A DNA stretch of 64,000 bases from Octopus vulgaris (taxonomy: Eukaryota). Location of the stretch: assembly GCA_951406725.2 (NCBI GenBank), contig OX597824.1:4526001-4590000 (forward strand), read 5' to 3'. The notes beneath the pieces were generated by a model. It had not been told where the DNA came from, ran no database searches, and saw nothing but the letters and a program-made list of their open reading frames with translations. Position numbers and translations under genes: made by a program. This document shows positions 13,464-25,888 of the stretch, one piece after another; position 1 is the first letter of the stretch, and every line of letters begins with the position of its first letter.

Positions 13464-14967
13464 GTGGTGGTACTGATGCAAAATACATTAAATAATGATG
13501 TTAGTGTTGTTGTTTAGTTTCAGATCAGCTCTGATCAAAGACACTCCAGCCATCTTCTTCATATGAGCAGGTAACCCAACACCATGTTACCAAATGTATC
13601 TTTTTTTCTGAGGGTATGATTTGAAGTAGATTTGGCTGCTGTTCTTTGCAGGTTGACTTATCTCATAGAACTTCTCTCATTGGCTCCTTAGGGATAATAT
13701 AAAAATATCTATATCATGTTTTCAGTGTGGTTGTAGTAATTTAATTCCAAGTCAACCCTGACTGAGGAGGCCTATATTCAAGGGCATTCCAACCATGACA
13801 ATTCCATCTTATTTTCAGGTATATTGCAGCTAGAAATACTACATTATGCTATGCATCTGTGTTTCTTTAAGGTGCTAGGGAATGATGTGAACCAGATTAG
13901 CTACAACTTCTAGAGTCATCATCATCATCGTTTAACGTCCGTTTTCCATGCTAGCATGGGTTGGACGGTTTGACCGGGGTCTGGGAAGCCAGGAGGCTGC
14001 ATCAGGCTCCAGTCTGATCTGGCAGTGTTTCTACAGCTGGACGACCTTCCTAATGCCAACTTCCTAGTCAAGCATTAACATATTAACAAGAAATAAGACA
14101 TTCCTAATAAATCTTAAGACGATGATAAGTCTTCAGTGAAGGTGGAAACAAGCTTTCCATTGCCTCTCTGAGACTATGCCAAATAGTGTGGCAATGTCAA
14201 GGAAAGGTTTACCCTAAATCAGGGTATAAATAAAAGAGCAGCTTTTGAACCTGTTAATAGTAAAACTTTGTGATGTGTGACAAAGTGCAGCCTGCTAATT
14301 ATCCTCACCTCCCTTCCACCACGATCCCCATCCACATTAGCACCACTGTTACCACTGATGCTACTATTAACCCTGGTAATCTGACCCAGAACTCAAAAAA
14401 TTCAAGATACTCTAAATAATGATAATGCTTAATTCAATGCCTTCCTTCCTTTCGCAATATTGACCAATTAGCTCTGAGTGAAGAAACATTTTCTTTTTTT
14501 TTTACCTTCATCTTTGCAGGATTTTACTGCTGTCATTATAGATGCTGTGGTTGTTGCTGTTGGGTGTCTTTACCATTCCAGATTTATTTTCTCTTTTACA
14601 GTGACATTCTTTATATTTCTAGCATAGTCTTGAGTAATGTTTATACTGTTTGTAAGTGTATGCATAGGTGTGTGTAAGTGTGCATGTGTGCACGTATGTG
14701 TGTGTAAGATGTTTGTAAGTTAAAGTGATATCAACACACAACTACAAACAGAAAGATATAAACACACATGTGTGCAGGTATAAGGAATATAATGGTGTAT
14801 TTATGATAGGTATACACTCTCTCTCTCTCTCACACTCCCACCCTGTCTCACACACACACACACACCCTGCTGTTTGTGAGAATATAGATATCTGTTTCGT
14901 CTGTGAGTGTCTGTACATGTGAAAGATTGGGGTGGAGGAAAAGAGAAGGAGAGAGAGAGAGAGAGAG

Positions 14968-15002
<35 letters not shown>

Positions 15003-15266
15003 CTATAGCAGAGTATGTGTGATCATGTGTGGGTATGTGCATTAGCATACACAAATATGTAAATTAGCACACAAAATTGTAAATGTTTGAATAGTGTAGA
15101 GGATATATTTGTGTGTGTGTGTGTGTCACTAGTAATTACTAGCAAAACACCTCTGTAAACCTTCATTAGAGATTTTTCAGAGGATTGTAGCAAGTGACAT
15201 GTTTAAATGTAATGTGGATAATTTTCTCTTTCTTACTCCTCGCTCTAAACCCCACCCACTTCTTAC

Positions 15267-15314
<48 letters not shown>

Positions 15315-15384
15315 CTCTCTCTCAGACACACTTATTTATGCAAACAAAATGCATGCAGGGGCACAGATACACATATACACATAA

Positions 15385-15471
<87 letters not shown>

Positions 15472-17247
15472 TGTTGTGTATGCATGCACATGTATGTACA
15501 CACACACATACAAATACACATGCACTCACATACATGTAGGTCTTTCATCCTTATTATTTTGAGGTGTAATTGCACTCTGGCATCACAAAGGCTGGAACTC
15601 CCACTGGCGACCTCAAAATAAAGGGTGGCAGCAGGGTTGTTGTGACAGTTGACTTCCAAATTAATTGCCTACATTTAACAATTCCACTTGGCACATGAGT
15701 TATACTGTTCTTTCGATTAGGTGTTGTAGCTTTTTGTCTATGTAATTTTTCAGCTAACATTTTGTTCAATGATTATGATGATGGTGATGATGAAGATGAT
15801 GATGATGATGATGAAGGTGATAGTGATGATGATGTATAATACATAGAGATGATCTGGTGAACTGAAAATAGTTTTTGTAAAATTTAAAAAATTAAAAATA
15901 ATACAGAAAATGCCTATTATTATTTCAATGACTTTATAAATTCCTCTCACTTATATAACATACAAGTAGTCATTTAAAATTGCTTGGTATTATTATTTAA
16001 TGCATGCCATCCCACACAATTCTTACAAGACTAGAATTGTGCATTTTAATTCTTTTTTTTACCAAGAATTACTTTTGTGTTTCATCTTTTTTTCTTTCTT
16101 TTTAACTACAGCAGAAACGTTAAATTTCTTTCAGTTTTGCATAGCATCTCCACTTATTCTGATATCAAACCCTGTTACAGGTAATTTTACCTTTTGACTT
16201 TCCTTAGTGGATTCAAAGAAGCATTTGTTTAACAATGCAGTTCCATCTGAAGGTATGGACACACTGGGAAGTTGTCCAGAAATCCCACAGGTTTAGGGGA
16301 CTAATACTAATTCATGTACACCATACTTTGCAGTCAATAAATAAATGGGGTCTGAGTATGTTGCTTTGCCCAGGTGTCTAGACTGCTTTTTAAGATGACC
16401 CTCATACAGTGAGTTGAGTTGAAGTGATAGGTGGAACACTGTAATATTTCAGGTATTTACCTGTCTTCCAGGAGGACCACAGGTTGAATATTTAGAAATG
16501 TTGCCTTAATCACAAAATTTCATATAAATTTACAGTCAAATAATTCTAATAGTAAACCTGCCAGATTTGATTTTGTCCACCATTTATAAAATCTAAATAA
16601 GGTGAGAGAGAAGTATGATGGGTGAGAGATGGTCCCCACAAACCAGAATGTTTGTAACAGAGAAAATTCCACTATAGGCCCTCAATGTACCAAGTGGTGG
16701 TGTTAGACCAAGTCACAGATTAAGTCTATCACCCAAGTAGGCCAGAGTGGAATTTGAACACAGAATGCCAAAAAACCTAAGCATGAGCAGCAAGGTGTTG
16801 ATCCAATGATCTTCAAGCTTTGCTGGTTCACAACACTGCATTAGTCTGTCTTTTATCCACTCTGAAAGAATGAAAGGCAGAGTTGCCCTTGGCAGGGTTT
16901 GAACTCTGAACAACCAGGGTAATGTAGTCCTGGATACATTATACCTTAAACAAAAACTGGATGATGGAACACCTTTGATCAGCACTTAAGGAAAAAGAAA
17001 AAAATCATTAGTATTCCAGAGAGCACTGTAGAGGAAGAAGACAACAGTATTACCATTCCTGCATTCCTGAGTTCAAATCTTTACATTTTACACACCTGAA
17101 GCTGGTAGACTAAAACATGAAGAAAAATTAAACAACTGATTGTATAAAAGTTAACATATTTGAAAAGCAGCTGTTCTTATCTTAGGACCCTGATTGATAG
17201 ATTTTAAAAGGATCATTCAACTTGGATAGAAAAGAATTATAACTTTA

Positions 17248-17447
17248 TTTTCATTTCATTTTTGGATTTGGTTTGCAAGATTCTATATATGAGTACGTGT
17301 GTTGAAGCATATTCTGTTGTGTCTGGGGAGAGTCATTTTCTTTTTGTGCCTTATAATGTAACACACTTACCAGTAAAATTTCCACTTTTTTTCTTATTTT
17401 AATTTTCCTAAAATTTTTGTTGCATCTTGCAACCTTTTCAATAGTCT
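17248..17447 (-). mobile_element. Short Penelope-like pLTR remnant with degenerate hammerhead and 8-bp TSD
   Basis: TSD taacttta at 17240-17247 and 17448-17455. Minus strand reads cta-TTGAAAA-g-gttgc-aagat-gcaac-aAAA-att-t-tag. Confidence 0.55.
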
Positions 17448-17609
17448 TAACTTTACACTAAAATTTAACTTTGCATTCAAGTAATGAATTACCATGAATT
17501 TGTAACTTCAATCAATCTTACTATCTAAAATTATTATCCCATAAAAAGGCAAAACCAGAGTAATTATAATTGTGTGAAGTGATATAAAAAGAAAGGTATT
17601 TCCACTCAA

Positions 17610-17850
17610 AATTACTAGATTATGGGTTCGATTCCTAGACTGGGTGACACATTGTGATTTTGAGTAAAACACTTCATTTCACATTGCTCCAGTTCAGTCG
17701 GTAGTAAATGGTTATTCCTGCAACAGAACAGCTTTGCGATCAGAGGGAATGTTGGACTGCTCACTTAGCCAGTTGGGTAGTATGATTCAAAGGCATTGTG
17801 ACCAGCAATGTATAACAACACCTGATAGTCTGGTCAATACCATGATATAT
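17610..17850 (+). mobile_element. Degenerate tRNA-derived SINE (family 2-type head)
   Basis: B box gggttcgattcc followed by ttgagtaaaacacttcatttcac. Confidence 0.7.
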
Positions 17851-20800
17851 ATATATAAACATGCACCTCACAGGATTTAGCTTTGTTCCTTGTATTTTTC
17901 AGTGCAAACCCTTCCCAATAATATTGATTTTTGATCTCTTGAACCTTTAAGAGTTTATAGAATAAGTAGCAGTAATACACTGTTACATCAATTTAGTCAA
18001 ATTGATTAATTTGCTGCATCAATTGTGAAGAATAAGCCTTGTATTGTGTCTAGTGTTTGTTGTAAAACATGAACGTCACTTTAGAACAGTCGACGGGGAA
18101 TAAGCCCTACAACAGCAGGAATGGTGGGGAAGGGACAGGAGGAGGAGGAGATGGCACCGGTAGTTATGATAAAAATTATGAAGCTAATGAAGAGGCAGGA
18201 GTGGAGAGACATGACACAGGTGACGATGGCATTGTAGTGGTAATTATGTTTTCCTGATTTGGAGTGTTACTAATGAAGCTGCAAGATGATCACAGAGTGT
18301 TACTGTTATCTATAGTGATTATGATGCTGGTGATGCTGATGGGGAGGCTGACGGCGGCACTGGTGGTGGTGCTGGTGGTTGTGATGTGAGCAGAGTTAGT
18401 GATAGTGTTTGGTGGTGAAATATAGTAGTGGTGGCAGCAGCATCAGCAGTGGCAGCAGCTATGATGATGATGATGATGATTTTGGTGGTTTCTAGTGGTG
18501 CTGTTCATAACGGTGGAAGCGTCAGAGACAATGAGAAAGAGGTGGGTCAAAGCAGAGGAAATGGGTGCAGATGTGTGTGGTGAAGGTGATAAGATGACAA
18601 CAATAATGGATGGACAGTAGGCACCGGAGCTGATGATAGAGACAACAGCATCAGAGCTACTTCAGCAGATAACGACGAGGCGGGGGCGGCGAAGAAGTCG
18701 ACAATGAAAAACCTGTTTGAAGAGACTGACCGACCATACAACAAGCAGCAGTGCAACAATAAACAAATAAATAAATACATAACAAGCACTGCTTTTTCCG
18801 ATAAATCAATAAAACGATCATGGCAGTATCAGATAGTTTAAACCTGCTCACTCACTATTGCTGTGTCCTTGTAAAGTACGTTTCACCTGTGGCACTAGGA
18901 CTGAATGATTCAGAGCAGAAAATGGTGAAATGGTGAAATCAAAATGGCTGTATTACAGCAACATTTTTCAGCTTACAAATAGATACATACACTCATACAC
19001 ACAAACATATATGTGTGTGTGTGTGTGTGTGTGTGAATGTACACACACATGCACAAACACACACGCACAAACACACACATAATATTATACATGTATATAG
19101 CTAAATACATTCACCCGTACATAGCCACATATATACAAAACCACATAGAGACAAATACACATGAACACACATATGTACATTGTGTGTGTGTGTGTGTGTG
19201 TGTGTAAGTTTATTGTATGGAAGGAGTCTTTTTGTGATAGTCTTTGAATGAGCCAAGAATCTCTCTTTGCTATAAAAATTGTATATGTTGTCAATGTGGC
19301 CTCTACAAAATGTTGAACTTTAAACTGAATCTATAAGATTTTGGGGATCTAAGTTAAGAGAAATTTTGCAGACAATTGTTAGTTAATCCAACAGTTCAGT
19401 TCAATTAATCAATATATTGTGGGATTATATTTTCTCTTCTGCTTCCCCCTCAACTCCTCATCCTCCTTTTTCTTCTCAATTTATCAATGGCATTTTTTTA
19501 TTTATTTATTATGGCTGTATATTTGTACATGTAGTTACTCCAAACCATAAAAAAAGCAAACAAACAAAGAAAAAAAAACACCATAAAGTTAGATGCTGCT
19601 GCTGCTTAACTTAGGGGTTGCTACATCATTAATCCATGTATTATAATAGGCTGTATCCAGCAAGGCAGATTTCTCTATACAGCACTCTTTGAATAATCTT
19701 AGGAATTGTTCAAGGTTTTATATTCAAAATTAGTCTAGAGATTGTTGAAAACTCCCGCTATAATTGGAATATCTGGAGTTCTTATTCCGAACCTTCTTCT
19801 TGTATCTAATGACACATCTTTATACCTGCATAGTTAATGCAGGTATACATTAACAGGTGAAGAGACAAACAACCAGAGAAACAAGACAATTGAGAGATAA
19901 AAATGGTGAAGCACTGGACTTAATACATCTCAGTAACAGACTCAAATCTCTCTGCAATCTAATACCAAATTCTGCTACATTTAGTTGTCTTTAAGTTGCT
20001 GGGATTGTTAAAATGAGTACAAGTAGTATAAGAAAGTCAGTGTAGGTGAGTTTTTAGAATCGTTTCTGTTCGTGGAAACATGTGTAGTTGAAGGAAGTTG
20101 ATCAGAATCTTTGTTTAGAGCTGAAGGCTGTATCTGATATCATTTGAAGAGACTGATTAATCAATACTGCTATAGAAGCTACGTCAGGTGTTAGAAGCAA
20201 TGTATTAAAATTAAGAGCTGCATCATTGTTAATATTATGAGTATGACTTCTAGTGAAATCCTTTCTGGAGGGAACCAAATCTTGAGTGGAAACTTTTGAT
20301 AGCATTCTTCATCAAATCTAATGAATACACATTATAGATTACCTTCTAATAGTTGTATCACCCAAAAGAGGAACATAATTATAGTTTCTCACAAAATATT
20401 TAAAAGGGACCTTATCAGGTTCATACATCCAAGAAAGGAGTGACCGGCAGTAATTCTCTAAAGTGGATAATTAAAATATCTCTCATGGGGAGTAATGCTC
20501 ATACTTGTGGATAAGAGGGAGTTTACCTTGCAAAGAGAATCACCAAGAATCATCTCCCAAAATATTTTGTTTTTTTTTTAAATTCAAAGAATGAAATGCA
20601 AGTAAAACATGTTACCGAATAACTTTAACATAATGCTTGCACAGAGATTATCCTAGCCTGAAACAAGCTTCTAAATCCTGCACTAACAAATGCAGATACT
20701 CTTTCATAAAAGCACCCCCAAGCCTTTTATGATTGTTTTTGCATTTCAAAAGAGAAGTGACTAAATTTGTTAATAACTGCAGGAAGATATCTATTATTAG

Positions 20801-21085
20801 TGTTAAATTCTACACTGACTTTTCCCTTTGGCTGAAGTAATTTAATAAGTAGAGAAATCTTCCATAGGACAACTCTTATTTTGAAATGGATGCTGATGAG
20901 GTAAAACAACAAATGGGCAACTGACGTGTACACCAGCTGCTGGGAACTGCTCAAAACTAATCACAGTGGTGAACATTTATCAAAGAAATCACTAGGGGCC
21001 CATTTGTTGATCTGATGGCACATAGAGAAGAAGGAAGAAAAATTAAGTGCGAGTGTGTGTGTGTGTGTGTGTTTGTATATGTGTA

Positions 21086-21127
<42 letters not shown>

Positions 21128-21129
21128 GT

Positions 21130-21369
21130 ACCCCTGCTAGTGGTACATAAAAAGCACCAACCGAACATGATCAATGCCAGGCCCACCTGACTGGCTCCTG
21201 TTCCAGTGGCACGTAAAAGCACCCACTACATTCTCAGAGTGGTTGGTGTTAGGAAGGGCATCCAGCTGTAGAAATATTGCCAGATCAGATTGGAGCCTGG
21301 TGCAGGTGCTGGCTCTCCAGACCTCAGTCAAACCATCCAACCCATGCCAGCATGGAAAACGAATGTTAA

Positions 21370-21400
<31 letters not shown>

Positions 21401-21403
21401 CGA
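21130..21403 (+). mobile_element. RTE-LINE 3' UTR/tail fragment with (GAT)n
   Basis: gtggcacgtaaaagcaccc...ggaagggcatccagctgtagaaa...ccaacccatgccagcatggaaaa..(gat)n, the same tail as the LINE at 25889-27090. Confidence 0.85.
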
Positions 21404-21539
21404 TATATATACATACATTCATACATACATACAGGCAAGCAGAGAGGGAGGCAGAGAGATAGACAGACAGACAGATATAATACGTAGTATGTGCATATGT
21501 GTAGAAATATATACATGTAGATATATCTGAAATAATTTC

Positions 21540-22400
21540 TGTACATGTAAGGAAGAGCTTTGGCGAGATGGTATCTCCTTGCATGGCACCATTCTCAATT
21601 GGAACTCTTAAAAGTAGTGATAGTAGAAATATCAGTGAGGCATCCAGAATTTGCATCCCTGAGCAGTTTGGTGCATTGCACCTTGACACCTTGCATTTCC
21701 AAAATGTTCAGCTCTGCATTCATCTTGATGCCATAGAAGGCCTTTCCATAGTTGACAAAAGAGATGCACAGAGGCAGCTTGAGTTCTTTCACTCATTCTA
21801 TAAGCTGTGTTAGAGTGAATATACGATCCATCATGCTGCAGTTCATAGAGAGGCCTGCTCGTTCCCTCAGCTGCTGATCACTAATATGCTTCAACAGACT
21901 CATAACTATGACCTCTGTAAACAGCTGAAAGAGGTGAGAGAAGAGGCATTAGGAGTCGATAGTTTCTTAAATCTTCTTCATCACCCTTATCATGAAGTAA
22001 AATGACATTCAGCTCTTTCCACAGCCAGGCTCTTTTACCTGTCTTCAGAAAGCAATTAAAGCAAAACATGAGGATTTTCCACAACTCTTCCCCTCTACAT
22101 CTTAACATCTCTCTATTGTTATGCCATGAAAATTTCCTGGAAGTTTGTTTGTTTTCATCAGTTTGAGGACATTTCCAATTTCACTGACCAGAATAGTTAG
22201 CCCTTCTTCTAATATCTATGATGGTGGAGGATTGATCCTCTCTGATAATTTAAAAAGATTGGTGTAGAAGCTTTTGCATGCCTTTTCCATTTCCCCTTTG
22301 TCTCTCCCCATGAGCCTGTCCTTGTTTTTTAAGCACAGACCTATAGAGCGCCAGCTTTCTCCTACATTTTTTTAGACTTTAGTTAGTATAACAACCCTCC
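21540..22400 (-). mobile_element. Decayed RTE-clade LINE RT fragment
   Basis: ORF pieces WKELNVILLHDKGDEEDLRNYR, LCISFVNYGKAF and GAMQGDTISPKLF are RT subdomains 1-4, broken by frameshifts. Confidence 0.9.
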
Positions 22401-22731
22401 AAGTCATGCTCATTGCTGAAACCATAGATCAGCTGCTGACCACACTGACAGAACTGGACACTGACAGAGCTCAGCAGATGGTTTTAAAATGAACCACATG
22501 AAAACCAAAAACATGCAGTGAAAATGTAGCACAAGACTGAATAAAGGTGAGAAGCATTGAAAACCAAACAGGTAAAGAAGTACTATTAAAGGTTTGTAGG
22601 CATGTTCAGGTATGTTTATATACCAGTTCCAGGAATGTGTCTAATATGTAAATAGGTATATTCAATAAGTTAACACTGCTGTATGTGGTGGCTATATAAG
22701 CAATGTGTTCATAGAAAAGAAAAGGTTAGAT

Positions 22732-22779
22732 GGGTGCTGAATAAGGGGCAACAGCCTCCGAAATATGACATATACACTC
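22732..22779 (+). ncRNA. Type-I hammerhead ribozyme-like fold with one core mutation, in a probable Penelope pLTR remnant
   Basis: gggtg-CTGAATA-a-ggggc-aaca-gcctc-c-GAAA-tatg-a-cata-TA-cactc. All three stems pair; G8 is replaced by T. Confidence 0.65.
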
Positions 22780-24369
22780 ATTACCCCACTTTTGTCTCTG
22801 ATCTCATTGCTTGTTTACATCTGACACCTCGATATGAAGCATTGTAGCAAAAATCAGTGCAGGTTACAATTTCTGTAGAATATCTGTGGAAACAACCTTA
22901 AAAATAATGTAAAGAAGAAGAAATACATCTCCACAGAGAGTATTCGCTGAGATGAAGATGCTGAATTCTTGATGGTCTGATTGGTACAATGGTAGAAGAA
23001 ATAATAGTGACTTAAATCTTTTATAAATGAATTCAAGTGAAAAAGCCGTGACTGAACCACAAGCAGCCAAATCAAACATTTGAAAAACTATTTGTTGAAA
23101 TCTTGGGGTTCCAAGCTTGAAAGAAAGCACAAAGAGTTCAAGCTGGAATCTCTCAACTTTGTGCATTCTTGGTCTTTGAGATTGTCTTCAAACCATGCAC
23201 AAACATACACATAAATGCAGGGGTGTGTGTGGGTGGTGGGAAGGGTAAAATAATTGAGTAAAATGATTTCTGATGTCCTTTACAGTTTCTGTGTTGTTTT
23301 TACTAATATATTGAATATAAAAACATGGCTCCAAGTTTCCGTCGTTAATTCACGGTAACGGCAATGCCATTTTCCAGTGCACTTGTTTCCAATATGAATT
23401 CAATGTCTTCGTTGATAGAAACCAGAGTTGCATGTTCAATTACTTTTCCAAAATCTTCAAATGTGTTCAGGAAAGTCTGTGATAATGAAAATATCTAATT
23501 CCCATTGAAGAGTAGAATATTATCAGAGCTTAATTATGCATTATGAGGAGTAATTGAAATGTCCTATGGTACAATGGAGATATATGTAAATTATTGTGAA
23601 GAAATGGCAGTTCTTTAAATAAATTCAGTCTTTCTGAATCAAGTTGTAAATTCTCTTGAGAGATATAGTAATATTAAATTCTTTAACACTAATAATGTTT
23701 TTGCTATTATTAAACTGAACCGAAATTCATTAACAGATTTTCAGGCTGTCTGTCATATGCCTCATTATTCATGTACTGCCGACCATGTATTATCCACACA
23801 TATATATATATATATGTGTGTGTGTGTTCTTGAGTGAGCATTGCTCAATAAAATCTTCAATCATATACTGATACATGGAAACACTATACATGACCCTAAA
23901 TGGAACCTTTGTAATTGATACAACCTTCTGTTAGCTTCAAACACTCTATATAAATTATCTACTGGAATGAATTCGAATTTGGAAGTAAGCAGTCTCTAAA
24001 TCTTGAATGCAAATATATTTCTGTTTCACAGAGTCATTGACCATTAGGTCAGCTCTAAACAATGGAGACTTATCCAATTCTGTAAACCAATTTATCATAC
24101 AGCTATAATCAGCAATATTATCAATAAAAATCAATGCCAGTTTAAATCAGGTAACAATCCCAGGTGATTTGGTTACCTGTTCTCAACAGTTAAGGTAAAC
24201 TAAAATGTGTAAAATTAATTGTACTATCCAAAGACAGAATGAAATGCCTGAAGCATAGTAAATTTGGAATTGAGAACTTGGGATCCATATAGGGAGGATG
24301 GAGAGATTCAAATATTCCAGAAGCAGCATATTCTGCTTCCAATAAATAAACAAAAACAAAACTTCAAAA

Positions 24370-24624
24370 GCTGTTCGATTCACTTCAACATTTAAGTTTA
24401 ATTTGTCAAAATATTTTCGTCGCTAAAATCCGCGACCTGTTCACTGACAAAAATCCGTGAACAGGTCACGGATTTTAGCGACGAAAATATTTTAACAAAT
24501 TAAACTTAAATGTTGAAGTGAATCGAACGGCTTTTGTGTGTTTCTTAAATGGCTTACAAACACCTTCCACGCTGCAATTGTTTTCGTTTCAGCACATGAT
24601 CTTGCTATGCGAGTACATCTCCGT
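24370..24624 (+). mobile_element. Palindromic element with one-sided tail and 12-bp TSD (Penelope-like inverted pLTR)
   Basis: 80-bp arms at 24365-24444 and 24457-24536 with 3 mismatches; tail to 24624; TSD aaaacttcaaaa at 24358-24369 and 24625-24636. Confidence 0.8.
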
Positions 24625-25000
24625 AAAACTTCAAAAACTGTAGAGGAAAATACAGTCAGAAGGATTCTCCTGGAATTTTTTGCTAGAATTGTAGGGAAAA
24701 TGTTTGGTGGTTAAAATACCATGAGAAATGGGAAGATGTAATGATTTTGCTTCATAAAATCCTAAAGCAAATTAGAATATTTAATTAACCTATTGCATGA
24801 AACCCACAATCATATGTTTAAGTATAAAAGCTGAGAGAGTCAGATAAGAAAGGAAATTGAAAACAAAGTCAAATAAATAACATTTTATTAATCTGCTACA
24901 AAAGCAGCAAAGACAAACAAAACTAGACAACATTTACAATATAAGTCATAGTATAACACACAAACACACATAACAACACACACACATATTTGTGTGTAAG

Positions 25001-25033
<33 letters not shown>

Positions 25034-25038
25034 ATATA

Positions 25039-25273
25039 CTTTATTTAAAAGCAGCAGAAAATATAACAAAAGCTGTTACTCAGAGTTTCACATTCCAGTT
25101 CAGCGGACAGTTTTTTCTAATTTAATAAAACTGTCCGATGAACAGGAACATGAAACTCTGAGTAACAGCTTTTGTTATATTTTCTGTTGCTTTTAAATAA
25201 AGCATATTACTCTACCTTTGGTATATGAGTACTCTTTTTTCCACCTTGTTTCACATTTATGTGCTTACTCCAG
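25039..25273 (+). mobile_element. Palindromic element with a hammerhead fold in each arm, plus tail
   Basis: 76-bp arms at 25039-25114 and 25127-25202. Motif ctgt-CCGATGA-aca-ggaa-cat-GAAA-ctc-t-gag-TA-acag at 25131-25168. Confidence 0.75.
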
Positions 25274-25305
25274 TATATATATATATATATATACATACAC
25301 ACACC

Positions 25306-25621
25306 CAATTGCAGTGTGGGAGATGTTTTATAAGCCATTTAAGAACACACAAAAACCGTTAGATTCACTTCAACATTTAAGTTTAATTTGTGTCAAAATA
25401 TTTTCATCGCTTTGAAACTGCAACCTGTTCATTGAGAAAATTTCAGGATGCAGCAGAAAGTGATGAAAATATTTTAACACAAATTAAACTTAAATGTTGA
25501 AGTGAATCTAACAGTTTTTGCGTTCTTAGATGGCTTAGAAACATTCTCTATGCTGCAATTGTTTTTGTTTCAGCACATGATCTCAGATCAAGTCACTTGC
25601 TATGCAAGTACATCTCCGTAA
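25306..25621 (+). mobile_element. Older, more diverged copy of the 24370-24624 palindromic family
   Basis: Arms at about 25306-25413 and 25457-25561 share gattcacttcaacatttaagtttaatttg. Same tail, ending ...gtacatctccgtaa. Confidence 0.8.
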
Positions 25622-25642
25622 TATGTGTGTGTGTGTATGTCA

Positions 25643-25885
25643 AGGCACATAGTTTAGTGGTTAGAGCGTTGGGCTCAGGATCATAAGTTGTGGTTTCAAT
25701 CCCTGGACTGGGCAACATGTTGTGTTCTGGATCAAAACACTTCATATTTCATGTTGTTTCAGACCACTCAGCCAGCACAAATAATCCTGTGATGGATCAG
25801 TGTTCAGTCCAGTGGGGAATACATGCACCACAGAAACAAGGAAACCCAGCCCTATGAGTCTATATGACCCAGGAAGGATTTTTAT
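25643..25885 (+). mobile_element. tRNA-derived SINE (family 2-type head, different body)
   Basis: A box tagtttagtggttag, B box gtttcaatccc, followed by aaaacacttca. Confidence 0.7.
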
Positions 25886-25888
25886 TTC

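Noticed and set aside
14490-14630. Strong-looking splice acceptor (polypyrimidine-gcag at about 14519)
   Set aside because: No convincing coding exon or partner exons were found, and such motifs are common in T-rich DNA.
23340-23790. Possible Penelope RT remnant (INEDIEFILETS on the minus strand)
   Set aside because: The match is short and neighbouring motifs are out of the expected order.
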